From Amoebophrya sp. A120 (lineage: Eukaryota > Protista > Dinoflagellata): DNA of 64,000 nt. The notes under the pieces are model-generated. The model was not told the origin of the DNA. It did not search any database and was given only the letters and a program-made list of their open reading frames with translations. The position numbers and the translations under genes were made by a program. The stretch's first letter is position 1. Every line of letters starts with the position of its first letter. The DNA is taken from the NCBI GenBank assembly GCA_905178155.1, contig CAJINV010000027.1, positions 61,697-125,696 on the forward strand. The letters are read 5' to 3'. Positions 1 to 11,570 of this stretch are shown in pieces.

Positions 1-13
1 GACAACACCAAGC

Positions 14-303
14 TATTGAACACAAATGTTTCTGGGCCTGCGAGGATGAAAACTCGTCATGCGAAAGCTACCTCGTGCAAAATAAAAATCTGTGTTGCGT
101 AAGTGAACGGCAAATCCTACCCACGCCATGCCACACAAGAAAGGGCGAATTTCTTATTCGGAATATACATAATTGAGAAGCCCTTGCACAATTTGTGATG
201 CTTCTAGGCGCGCCGAAGTTCCAGACCATTTGTGTATTCCACGAGCTGCATGACAAACCGTGCATTCTTCCAGCCCCAGATAACATCATATGTGCAATGC
301 ATA
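14..303. mobile_element. degenerate family A introner
   Basis: Decayed ends (aaatgtttctgggcctg ... cttccagccccagata...gcata) with internal gcatgacaa/ttgtgatgc motifs. Confidence 0.5.
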
Positions 304-1277
304 CAAGCAGGACCAGCTAGCAGCAGTTCCTCATCTACTTCATCATCGACGCCAAATTATCTTTGGCAAACGCATCGTACTTCGGTAACGAAATGGAAAC
401 ATGCATGCATGACAACATTGTCGTGCATTATTACAACTTGTGTGTGCCTGACAAGTGCCATTTCCTACGTTGCTAAAATAATTTCTATTTCTATTTCTTA
501 TGCGATTGCTACCAAAGTACGATGATCGTTTTGCATTGCACACGAAGCCAATCGCGAACGAAGCCAATCCTGAACTGGTGGTTTTCGAGAATTGTCGGAC
601 CAGGATGGGAGACTATGAAATCATAAACCGTCGTTTTGTCGTAAACCACGGAGGCAACGGAGTTGTGCCGCCCTACTGGGTCGAAAACGGTTTTGTATTC
701 AGTGCAAAAGCAAGTAATCGCACTTACACCTAGTATAGAATTAAAAATGAATTGCATTTGCAAAAATATCAAAAAGAGTATTTGCCAGGCAGGTTCAGAT
801 AGGACATCACGTTTGTCAAATGCAGGATTGCAATGAGCGCAAGTACCCCACTGCTTTTGCACAGCATACGAGGTCACCTTTCTGCACGAGCCAGACGCGG
901 AGCCCTCCCTCGCCACGAGTGCTGGTAATTGTAGTAGCGGGGTTGGGAGCAGCAGCAGTGCGGCACAATCACCCGCCCCCGGGATACAGTCACCAGTGGC
1001 TGCTGCAGACCACGCAGACGCGACTGGTGCAGGAGGTGCTGGGGCCACCAATGGTGCTGCGCAAGATTCCGCTCCCGAACTCGGAGGTGATGCGGGTGAA
1101 CAGGTAAGTAGTACAACAGGACAACCTTCTCCTGCCGTCGGCGGTCCTGGGGCCGGCCAACAGGGAGAAGATGGTCCTGTTGACAATGGCAATGGGAACA
1201 ATGGTGCCAACGCTTTCGATAATGATGCTCCTGCGGAAAACCCTTGTCGTTTTCCCGAGCCGGAGCCTGAAGAGTGA
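304..1277 (+). CDS. 3' part of an unknown gene interrupted by degenerate introners
   Basis: Exon ~543-695 (KPIANEANPELVVFENCRTRMGDYEII...VENGF) joins in frame to 874-1277 (VTFLHEPD...PEPEPEE*) after removing element 696-868 plus 5 nt; 5' exons are uncertain. Confidence 0.55.
358..542. mobile_element. degenerate family B introner
   Basis: tatctttggcaaacgcatcgtact ... agtacgat...ttttgcattgca. Confidence 0.5.
696..868. mobile_element. degenerate family B introner
   Basis: tattcagtgcaaaag ... cttttgcacagcata; removal restores the frame. Confidence 0.6.
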
Positions 1278-2725
1278 AGATAAACGCAAATCGCCAACAC
1301 AGCCCAATTATAATACCTTGTGCCGTAAGGCGGGAGGCATTACTTAGAATTTGGTGGAACTGCTTACCAAAGCCTGATGTAGCCGTAGTGATCCTACGGA
1401 ATGCGTTTACGCCCGTCGAGTACCTGTGATGCGCAGTCCGACTATTTTTGTTTACGTATCATAGTCACAAAATAAAAAGTTTCACCAACGACCTTTTTAT
1501 TTCTCGCTAGCGTGGAAGATAGATTCAGTGCTTGTTTGCAAAAGTATCGTAAGGGCGTACACGGCTCTATATATGATGTTTTATTTACTTTAGATTTCTC
1601 TGAAGATCTCAGATGCAGCATGCTTGACCTTGCGTGCAAGAAAGTATAGTTGGAAAATGAAACTTCTATACATGATTGGAAAATTAAATTATCCATGTTC
1701 ACGCTCGAAAAGAGCGCAACAAGAAGCCAAGGAAAGCTGTCATTTAGAAACGTAGCAGCAATTGGGAAATTCACATTCTAATAGCACCTCCTGTCGGTTT
1801 TTATTCTGGGGAACAGCAACAGCATTTCATGGAAAATAGACAATAGACTGTACGAAGAAAACAACAAATCAGTACATGGAGAATCACAAAGATACGCTCT
1901 GACGGACGGATAAAGTTATGTTGTACCAACCTTCGGGCAAAACGAAGAGACGAATTCCTATTCGAAGCATACTTCTTGCACTTTCGCGAGCTGGCAAACA
2001 GCATTCACTAGTGGATAATTCATACGGGGTAGTTCAAGAAAGAAAAACATGGAGAATACATTCTGAAGGACGTAGTAATTATCGTTTCAACACTCTCGTG
2101 CAAAACGAGAAGAAGAAAATGTAGAGGCAAGCGCAGTTTTTGCGCTTCACTTTGAAATTGTAGCAGGCAACAATTCACTTCTCTGCGACCAAGTTCTTCG
2201 CTTCCGTGTTCTGGCGAAGCTGTAACCCTGAACATCCGAGAACAAGCTGAGTACACGGAGCGAAGCCCAGTCTAGAAGTACAGCTCCACACGTACGTAGA
2301 AATCAAAACCAAGTGAGGGCAAAGAGCCTCTGAGGGGACAGAGTGTTGGAGCAAGGCGTGGAGCGACGAGAAGAAAGCGCTTGGCCGCTTAGGCGTGTGA
2401 TTGACCACTCTCTGTAGCTCTGTCTGCGCGAAGCCTCCATCCGTTGGAGGCAGCTCGCGCCCCGTTTATTGCCCTGCTCCGTCTTCCCCTCGGGCACACA
2501 GGGCGCTTCGATGGTGGGGCCGGTCCGGCATGCGTGGATCCAGTGCCGCCCCTGCTGCAGGGCGCGCCTCCGGGGACAATCCTCGAACCGTTCCCGCCGC
2601 TTGTTGGGGGAGAAAATTCTGCGGGCGGAAGTAGTGTTGATATGTTTCTCCCCGGGGCCGCGAGTAGCGGTGGCGGCGGTCCGCCGCGGCGCCCGGGCGG
2701 AAATGGCGAGGACGACCAAGGTCAT

Positions 2726-2905
2726 ATCCACTGTAAGAGTGATGTCTGGGAGGTCTGGAACATCGCAACTTGTCATGCAAAACTTGGATCGTACAGATGA
2801 AGTCTGTGTTGCATGAACGACTGCCGTGAATGTTTCCCTAATATTGTTCTTGCCGAGAGAATAAAACGAAAAGCCAATCTCTCATGCGGAATAGGCATGT
2901 AGAAG
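2726..2905. mobile_element. truncated family A introner (left part)
   Basis: tatccactgtaa...atgtctgggaggtctggaa...acttgtcatgc; no right TIR found nearby. Confidence 0.5.
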
Positions 2906-4231
2906 CCGCCACCCAAATCGAACTTGGAGAAACGAGCTTGCCTTCGCCAAACGGCGCGAGCACCACACCTGGTGATGGGTCATCTCCTTCTAGCAGCTCT
3001 GCTGCTCCCTCTCCCTCTCCCATGCGTGGAAGGATCCAGTGCCGCCCCTGCTGCAGGGCGCGCCGAATCTGAAGGACTGCCTCACGTTCGCCGACAATGC
3101 AACCGCGCCGATTAACTGCGCCGCGGGCGGTAATCGGCGAAATGCTCGGCCTTTTTGCACGAGCTGCGCGCCAAATGTTGACGCCCCAGCCACTGGCGCC
3201 GCCACCGGTGGGCGCCGCTTTTTCGTGGGATCGGAACAGGCCGGCCCGCGCTCTGTTGTGTGATTGCCGCCCAGGGCCGCCGCCGCCCATTCTTTTTTGC
3301 TCGGAATTTTTGGCCTTATAGATTATAGGGGCGCTCTTAAAAAATGATTAGTAGGGAGATCACTTTCTAGAAGCTTCCTCTAGAAGCTTCCCCTAAGAGA
3401 GCTCCTGGAGGAAGCTTCTAAGCGAACGCCTGTAAGAAAAAGAGCGGCATCGTGGGGACCAAAAGCTCTGTATGTGCGAGCGTCCTCCCCGCGGGTGGCC
3501 CCTGGGCATGTTACAAGTGCGGCTTCGTTACTTTGTAGCACTGCTAACAGCCGGGCGCTTTTTTGCAATGCGGGCAGCTGCAAGTCGCGACGCAGGCGGC
3601 AACTTGCGCTAAAGGCTGCAGCTTGCAAAGCAGGCTGACGCCTGCGCTGCGATTTCCGCGCTGTAAGTGCTGCAAGCTGTGCCTTTCTTGCAATTCGGCC
3701 TGCAACATTTTGCGGTCGGTGCACGCTGGCGCTATTGATGCAGGTGGCGGCTACCTGCAACACGGGCCGACGCGCAAGCTGGGACAGACTACAAGTTGCG
3801 ACGCCAGTGGCCGTCTACAACGTGGGCGACCGAGAGCTGGCAACGATGCAAGCGGCAGCCCGGGCCGCAGGCTGCAACCTGCGCCGCACGCGACAGCTTG
3901 ATCTTCAAGCTGCGATCTGCAACGCAACCGGAAAAGGCGTTGCAAACCCTTGCAGCCTCCGCTTCCAGCTCTTGCAATCTGCGCTTGGGGGTGCAACCTG
4001 CATCGCAGACCAAAGACTCCCGAGCCTTTGGCAGGCTAGCGCGCAAACACCGCCGGCTGGAGGAGCCGCAACAAAGCCGCCGGGCCGGTGTTTAGCAGCC
4101 CTATTCTGGCTACCCTCCGGCACCTGCGTCTTTGGGGGGTAGGGGGGGGCGGTGCAAGAGCGCTCCCGCCCCGGCAGAGCGAGCGAGCCCGCCGCCCCAC
4201 CGACCGCCATCCGATGGATCGATCGGAAGCA

Positions 4232-4361
4232 TGGGGATATATCTGGGGATATATCTGGGGACATATCTGGGGACATGTCTGGGGATATATCTGGGGATAT
4301 ACCTGGGGACATATTTATCTGGGGAGGTATCTGGGGAGATATCTGGGGAGATATCTGGGGG
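4232..4361. repeat. 12-bp minisatellite (ATATCTGGGGAN, ~11 units)
   Basis: Eleven GGGG runs at a 12-nt period (one 16-nt step). Confidence 0.95.
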
Positions 4362-5234
4362 AGGCTACAGGAGGAGTAGCGGGAGTGGCTAAAGGAAATT
4401 CTTTGCCTTCTAGAGGCCTCGCTTCGAGAGCTTCGCTGGGCGGCCTGCGGGTGGTCCTTTGTAGAAGTCAGACAGCCCAAGAAACGGGAAGCAGGCCAAG
4501 GCCAGCGGCCGGGCTGGGACGGGGCAGAAGCGCAGGGAACGAAGGCGGGCGCGTCCGCTTCTAATGCGGGCCGCTACTAGTGAACGGCGTCACTAGCAAG
4601 CGCGGGCCCGTTTTGTCATGCTAAAACCGCCTAGAGGGTTCCTGCTAGTGGCCGCGTCTCCACTAGCAGATTCCCACAAGGGCGACTCTGTCGCCAAATT
4701 TGTTCCGGTAGCGTTTCGTGATAGTTTTTTAATTTTAGACTTACTAGACGACCTATCGCCGGCGTCCTGGACGCCGGCGTAGTAGTCTAGTAAAACTATA
4801 GGTCACTGCAGCTTGTTCGCCATTGCAAGAGCGACCTGCTTGGCGGAGATACATTAATTGAGCCCGTTTCTGCTGAATGTTGTGAGGGTAACGACGAGCA
4901 CGAGAGGACAGGGATTTCTGTTGTGGCGAGGTCATACAAGTCTCACTTACAGGCACACCTACGGGTGAGAGTTTAATGGGCGCTTCTGGAGTGAGTGAGA
5001 GTGTTGAAGGGCAATGGGGATGCTTTTCTATTTCTATCATCATGCAGACACCCGTATCGCAAATTCATAGCTCTTTTTCAGTGGAGTTTCCTTTTCCGCT
5101 GAATGCGTGCCGCCGAGATGGTGCAATACGAGCGGGGCCTGCGAGGTATTGAAAGAGGCCTCAGCCCGCATATGTCCGAGGCGCAGAAGGGCGTCACGGC
5201 GTATAAGCTGCAGAAGGCGCAGCACGCCAAGGGT

Positions 5235-5489
5235 TATCCTGTGTAACAACGTTCTTCCCCCGGGGTAATCAGCAGGTTGAGAAGTTGGCAACACAAATGC
5301 AGAACTTTTGGGAAGAATGCATCACAAGTTTCTCTCAGACGCATGAAGAGGCTGCTAGATCTCTTCTTTATAGCATCAAGATCAGTAGAAATGCCTTTTC
5401 CGGGTTTGCGTATCACAAGCTCTTACACTATTCCGTAGATGCAGATCTGCGTGACACCTTGATGGGAACGGGCGTTTTTACTGAGGATA
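5235..5489. mobile_element. degenerate family C introner
   Basis: tatcctgtgtaacaacgt ... gcgtttttactgaggata. Confidence 0.7.
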
Positions 5490-5544
5490 AAGACGAAGCG
5501 CGGATGACAGCGGCGTCGAAACACGTCGCTGGGAAGATAGCTGA

Positions 5545-5793
5545 TATCAACAGAAAAAAAACTCTGGCTCTGGATTTCTTTGTCTTGCTGCGCCTTGTCG
5601 TTCAGTTTTTGTATGGCCCAGAAGCGAAGATTTCAAGTGCGGGCCACAGCGTCACAAGCTTCCACCGGCGCACCTCGCGATGCGTCGGTGGATCTCTTTT
5701 GTTGCTCATGCAGTACAGGTTTCGTCCTTGTCGTCCAGAGCTCGCATGACAAACAAGACCTACCAGATCGTCCAGATGTATTTGCAATCCATA
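5545..5793. mobile_element. degenerate family A introner
   Basis: tatcaacagaaaaaaaactctggctctgga ... ccagatgtatttgcaatccata. Confidence 0.6.
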
Positions 5794-7138
5794 GGGCAGT
5801 ACGACGCGCAAATAACGGCGCAAGAGAAGAAGTACAAGACGCCGCGCAAATGCTGAAGCCTCTCCCGAGCGATCGGCGCCGCCACCGGTGGGCGCCACTT
5901 TTCCCTGCACGGGAGGCCCGCCCGCCCTGTGTTGCGTGCCTCCTGGGGCCGCCGCGCGCCCCTTCTCGGCGCGCCCGCGGACTGGGGCCGGCCAGGTGCA
6001 CACCGGCCCCGCCCTTCGCGCCGGGGCGTTGCCCCAAAGATTATCGGGCGCGCGCGCGAAGCCTATGCCGGCTAGCTGTTGCGCTCTGGCGCGGGCTGTT
6101 GCCGCGCTTTGGCGCGGGCTTTGTGTTGCGCTCGCCGCCGAGGCGCTGGCACAAGTAACGGCCCTGCCGCCCGTCTTCTTCGCGCTGGTCATTCAGGAAC
6201 AGAATTATTACGCCCGAAGGAACAAGGCCGCCCGGCTTCTGCAGGTTTCGCTGCTGGGAAAGACAGTGTGTCGTAGTCTGCAAAACAAAAGTGTGAATCC
6301 TTTGGCTTTTTGCGTCGTGTTCCGTTACTAAACCGATTGCCTTTAGTTTGAGCAGGGGCGAGGTGCTGCAGCGGGTTCGTCCCCGTCACTGCGGGATGCA
6401 GTGTCATGCAAGAAAAGTGAGTGAACGTGAAGGACAGGAGAGCGACAGTGCGGCAACTCAGGGTATATTTTACGGCAGAATCTAAATCTGATTTGAGTGA
6501 AGGAGAGTGAGAATCCGTGAGGCACACAAGCGGTGCGATCTTCTCATGAGCTCATGCGAAGACGGATGCTGATGTGCGTGTGCACCGACGGCACTACTAC
6601 TGTTGCGTGACATGCGAGTTGACGCATAATAGATACACCCTTCGTCGTGCGCAGCACACGTCTCATATTACGCTGTCGCGCACAAGGCGATGAGCAGATG
6701 AGGTGACTGTGCTCACTACTTTGCACCATCATGGAACGAAAGTGTTGCGCTTCGTCTCTGGAGCGGTCCGGTCCGCGAGTTTTTCCGTCTGGACATTAGT
6801 GCTGGCCCCCCGTCCGTGGTTGGGATTCCCGCGCAGATCACCTCCCCGATCCTGGATCCGGGTTCGTGTCATGGTATATGAGAACAGTTGAGGTTTTTTT
6901 TGGATGCAGTAATTCCATTTTTCGTGTTGTCGCGTGAGCGGTTATTTTTACAACAGGACGAAGTTCAAAATTCGTTGCTGAAAATTAACACAAACAGTGG
7001 ACCACGTTTGGGAAGCGCTCAGCGCTCCCGGCGCCTCGAAGATCCAACGCACTGGTGTACCCCCGACGCACCAACGGAGTGCTTACCGCCCACCGACGCG
7101 ACACGCGCGCGGTTTTCCTTGCGGCCGCAGCGGCCTTT

Positions 7139-7344
7139 TGCATGACTCCTGATGTCTGTGATGCATGCCCTAGCATCACACATTTTGTGAGGGCTTCCTG
7201 ATGCCTATACCGCATGACAAATGCTCTTTCCGTATAGCAAAACTTGGACTCTCTTTGCTGCTCATGGGATACAGATTTTTTTAGAATCCAAAATCAGCAT
7301 CACAAGTTGGATTCTTCCAGACCCAGACATTTTTACATTTGATA
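7139..7344. mobile_element. left-truncated family A introner
   Basis: Only the right TIR cttccagacccagacatttttacatttgata is present; starts just after anchor copy 1. Confidence 0.8.
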
Positions 7345-7779
7345 ACGACTACGGCGGTAGTACATCAACGGGCAGTGGTATCCAAGAAAAAAACGTTGTT
7401 AGTGTAGATTTTTGATGCGCAACATGCAAGATGATTGCGTCTGTCATGCTTGGCATGCATCGTAGGGTCCATGAAAGGGCGTTTTCCCGTACTATCTGCG
7501 CATGACAGGTTTTTGCTGTCATGCCAGGCAAATTTGTAATGCTGTTCCTCCAAAAAAGTTACACCTACAGCGTTTTTTTCTTGGATAAGTGGAACTACAG
7601 GAAACAACATTCCCTGGCGGCGCAAGGCCGAAGCGCGGGACTGGTTGCGGCGCGAGTACGGGACGAAATTGCTGGGTGGGGAGTACGATTTTTTCCTGAG
7701 CAGCGTGGAATTGTGGGCAGTAAGTCCCGCGGGAAGTGGGCGGGTGAAATGGGACTTGGTGGAAAAAGTGGATTTGTAA
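7345..7779 (+). pseudogene. captured 3' end of an unknown gene
   Basis: DYGGSTSTGS|GTTGNNIPWRRKAEARDWLRREYGTKLLGGEYDFFLSSVELW...KVDL* is open after removing the family E element. Confidence 0.55.
7379..7587. mobile_element. family E introner
   Basis: TIR tatccaagaaaaaaacg / cgtttttttcttggata; perfect DR agtgg. Confidence 0.9.
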
Positions 7780-8599
7780 AGACGGTGTTGTAGCTGATGT
7801 GTTGGTTCTTCGTCCACAGCTTGCTGGGTCTGCTGCGGTTCCCGGGAGTTGTCTCTCGTGAATTTCTGCAGATCATTCCGACCGTCGTGATACTGAAGAC
7901 ATGTAGAACAAGAGAAAAACAACTAGAACTAGTACACCGTAAAATACTAAATGTTAGCGCGCAGTAGATCGTGGATGGAAATGCGATTTTGGTTCTTCAA
8001 ATGAAATGTAGTGTATTTGTATCGACGCCGCGGGCGAGGGGGGACAGCCTGTCCTCTTCCTTCATCTCATCACCCCCTTTTCATCTCTCATCATGGAATC
8101 GAGCTTCACTGTTGTTCTGAATTTTACGGCTTGAAGATGGTTTACTCTGCCGTCCCCGGCCGCCGCCGGAACCTGAGCGGGCGATGAGTCCAGATAGATA
8201 CCTAGCTCTAGCCAGAAGTTCTAGAAGACGAGTGGGAGCAGATCTTCACTGACCACAGTGACAGAGGATATTAGAAGAACTACAATACGCGGTAAACGTA
8301 CAAATCTAGAGCGGTTTACTAGTGTGACAGCGACAATTGATTCAGTTTCAGACGTTGAGGTTGGTCCTCGTCGGAGTTCACACCACCCTGGAGCGAGATT
8401 CAATTTAGCGTAGAACGAGTTTTCAACAATAATTGTCACATATAGAAATATCAACGGTAGTTAGCTGTTTTAGAGTAACAGAAACAAGATTACGGCGACA
8501 AGTACACCACTTAGAAGAAATCTAGCTGTCACCCCCGACGCACCAACGGACTCCTTACCGGCCACCGACGCGACACGCGCGCGGTTTTCAGGACGTGGA

Positions 8600-8869
8600 T
8601 ATCAAATGCAAAAATATCTGGGCCTCGAAAGTTGGAACTTGTGATGCTAACTTTGGACTCTAAAAAAAATCTGTATTGCATGAGCAGCAAGAGGAGCCAC
8701 GTTTGTGCTACGCGCGGAGGGCATTTGTCACGCGGAAATGGCATCAGGAAGCCTTCCAAAAATGAAAAATCTGTGATGCTGGGTCATGCATTACAAGCAT
8801 CATGGGTCATGCCAGACAAGCATGACAAGCCTTGCATTCTTCCAGACCCAGACACTTTTGCATTTGATA
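8600..8869. mobile_element. family A introner
   Basis: TIR tatcaaatgcaaaaatatctggg / cccagacacttttgcatttgata; perfect DR gtgga. Confidence 0.9.
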
Positions 8870-9221
8870 GTGGAATCCAACAGGAAAGTACAGTCGCACC
8901 AGCACAGCTCCGACGGTTCTCTTCGCGGCCGCGGTCCGCGTACTGGCCGTGTGCTTCTAGCAAGTACAAATCTACTCCTGTGTCCGTGTCTACTCATGCA
9001 GCCGGAAATAATGGCATAGATGTTCCGTCTCCTTTTGCATGACAAACTTGCTAATTCTATCTCTTTCAAGTTTTCCAGCCATGCGAGAAAACGCAATACA
9101 AATTTTTGTTTCCTGTTACTGTAACGCCATGTGCGAGCGTGTAGTTCTTTTCTGTGGGATATCCGCAGATCTGCTTCAAGGTCGGACGCCGTTATGCGGA
9201 CCTCCACTTCGCGCACCAAAC

Positions 9222-9370
9222 TATGAACTGCAAAAGTATCGCACTCGTATAAATGCATTACAAATTTCCTCAGCATGAGAAATAAAATTTGTCATGCTGA
9301 TTTACGCCAAGAAAAAGATTTGTAATGCATGATTGCAATTACTACGAGTACGATACTTTTGCACAGGATA
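9222..9370. mobile_element. family B introner with non-matching flanks
   Basis: Clean TIRs; flanks caaac / ttgag do not form a DR. Confidence 0.85.
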
Positions 9371-9435
9371 TTGAGTAGCGATCCGGAAACTGGATCTCCA
9401 TGCAGGGATCGACGATGGAGAACATGGCACGATTG

Positions 9436-9547
9436 TATCCAAAAAAAAAAAACTGCCATCCCCATCCAATTTGTCATGCAAAACATGTATGAATTTCTGT
9501 GTTTGTGATGCATAAAATGAATGGGGATGGTTATTTTTTCCTGCATA
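9436..9547. mobile_element. family L introner (112 bp)
   Basis: tatccaaaaa...ccatccccat / atggggatgg...ttttttcctgcata; DR gattg/gactg. Confidence 0.8.
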
Positions 9548-9822
9548 GACTGGCCCCGCCCCGGTGCGTGTAGAGGTGCGCGTGCGGCGGTTTGCCGTAG
9601 ATCATCGCGTAAAGGATTATCCCCAACGACCAAATATCCGTCTCCGGCCGCATTTTCATACTGGACTCGTACTGCTCGCCCTGGTGGAAGGCCTCCGGGG
9701 CCATGTACAGAACCGTCCCGCAGTGGCCGTGCCTGCTAATGTGGGTTTTGTTCGGTTCCAGCACCCTGGCGAGCCCGAAGTCGGACAGCTTCACCTTGGT
9801 CCGATTGTCGAACAACAGAAAG

Positions 9823-10008
9823 TATGCTGCGCAAAAGTACCGCACTGCTACTCATTGCAAGTAGAACCATGCATGACAAATCGATGTATAATTTTTATAC
9901 CTAGAAGTCGCCAACCTAGCATGACAAATTGCATTTTGAAAGTTGAGAACAGTTCTTCTACTTGCAATAAGACAAGACTTATTCTGTGCGATCCATTTGG
10001 ATTGCGTA
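9823..10008. mobile_element. degenerate family B introner
   Basis: tatgctgcgcaaaagtac left end; removal rejoins kinase subdomains VIb and VII. Confidence 0.75.
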
Positions 10009-10980
10009 CGAAGTTGCCGGGTTTATTCAGGTCAAAGTGCACGATCTTCTGTGCGTGAATGAAGCGGACCGCGGCAACCATTTGTGTGAAGCAATGCAGG
10101 ATAACCGACAACGGACTCCTTACCGGCCACCGACGCGACGCGCGCGCGGTTTTCCTTGGTCGTCTGGAATGCAGCACCGGTCATGCTCGGTGCTGCATTC
10201 CAGACGACATGGGTCGTAGAGAATCTGCATGACAAGTCTCGCAACGTTCCAGACCCAGACATATTTGCATTTGACAGGCCGCTGCTGCTGACGATAGCCA
10301 TCTCGACCTGTCCAACATATCCATAATCGCACACGAAGAGTCCTCCATAATCGAAGCAGAAGATGATATGCAGGAGAAAAACAAGTGTGTGTAGTGTAAA
10401 TCTTTTGGACGCCGGAAAGCGCCAACATCACTTGCAATTTGGCGCAGGTGGTAAAATAGAACAAGTCCGTGCTCCTGTATTAAACCCGGCACGATGACTG
10501 TAGCGGGTGCCCTTTAGTATACAGCTCCCTAAAAATTACATTCTTCGGCATTACGGAAGATCTACACTAGCAAGCACATTTTTTTCGCTGCGACACAACC
10601 TACAGGCCACAATCAGAGTCTGCACGAACTGGTAACACCATTAAGCGGATGTGGTGCGGCTGCGGGCAGTGCATTTTCCGACGTTTCGCAACAGCTGCCG
10701 CCGCCACCACAATTGGACCTTTCCTATGTTCATTTGTCGCGTCAGCCTTCGTCCCTGGTCGGGTTGAGCAATAACACGAGCGTTGACGACGGCGGCGTCC
10801 CTGCAGGCTCGCTGGATATGAGCAACAATACCTTGGACAGCATGACGCCTCCGACTCCCCCTGTCCTCCGATACCTTGGACAGCAATGCAGGATAACCGA
10901 CAACGGACTCCTTACCGGCCACCGACGCGACACGCGCGCGCGGTTTTCCTTGCGGCCAACCGACAACTCCTTTCCTTTAC

Positions 10981-11242
10981 CACCCCCTAGTCAAGATGGG
11001 GAATCGGCTAGACAAGTCCACAAGTTTTGGCTGTTTTGCATGACAACTTTGGGCTCGAAGCGTAGTGCTCCTGTTTGAGGTAGTTCAGCAGCATCACGCA
11101 TCTAGTACATCGTGCTGACTGGAGCATTACAAATCCCAAAACACAACTGCAAAATGCTTCTCATGGGGCTTCGCATGACAAACATTTTGAGCCTGCAGAT
11201 TAGCATGACAATTCTGGGACGGGGACGCTTTTACACAGAATA
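10981..11242. mobile_element. left-truncated family C introner
   Basis: Right TIR ggggacgcttttacacagaata; left TIR missing, starts just after anchor copy 4. Confidence 0.8.
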
Positions 11243-11293
11243 GCCCAGCGGCTCATCCGGGACCAGTTGAAGTTGTCGCTCGCCCTCTTCCAA

Positions 11294-11570
11294 TACCAAC
11301 TGCAAAAATGTCTGGGGCTGGAAGAATGCTGCAAGACTTGTCATGCAGGTTTTGTATGATCCATGATTTCTGTGATGCACCGCGTAGCATTACAGAGTTA
11401 GTGGGTGCCTCCTGATGCCCATACCGCATGAGAAATACCGTAACCGCGTAGCAGAAACTGGACTGGTGTTGCTCCTCACGCATTACAGATTTTTGTAGGA
11501 TCCAAAGGCAGCACCAGCATAACAAGCTGGAACCCTATTCCGGACCCACTCATATTTGCATTTATGCATA
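11294..11570. mobile_element. family A introner
   Basis: taccaactgcaaaaatgtctggggctggaag left end; DR tccaa/tacaa. Confidence 0.8.

Larger units (their letters stand above)
9371..10108 (-). pseudogene. Ser/Thr kinase fragment, Mps1/TTK-like (subdomains VIa-X only)
   Basis: After removing elements 9823-10008 and 9436-9547: QMVAAVRFIHAQKIVHFDLNKPGNFLLFDNRTKVKLSDFGLA...GTVLYMAPEA...TDIWSLGIILYAMIYGKPP...RAMFSIVDPCMEIQFPD; N-lobe absent. Confidence 0.85.

Noticed and set aside
3905-4564. ORFs with GYIW/SPDI repeats
   Set aside because: Translations of the 12-bp minisatellite, open on both strands, with no other coding support.
5285-5749. 154-aa ORF as a gene
   Set aside because: Mostly read through two decayed introners; only short pieces are plausibly exonic.
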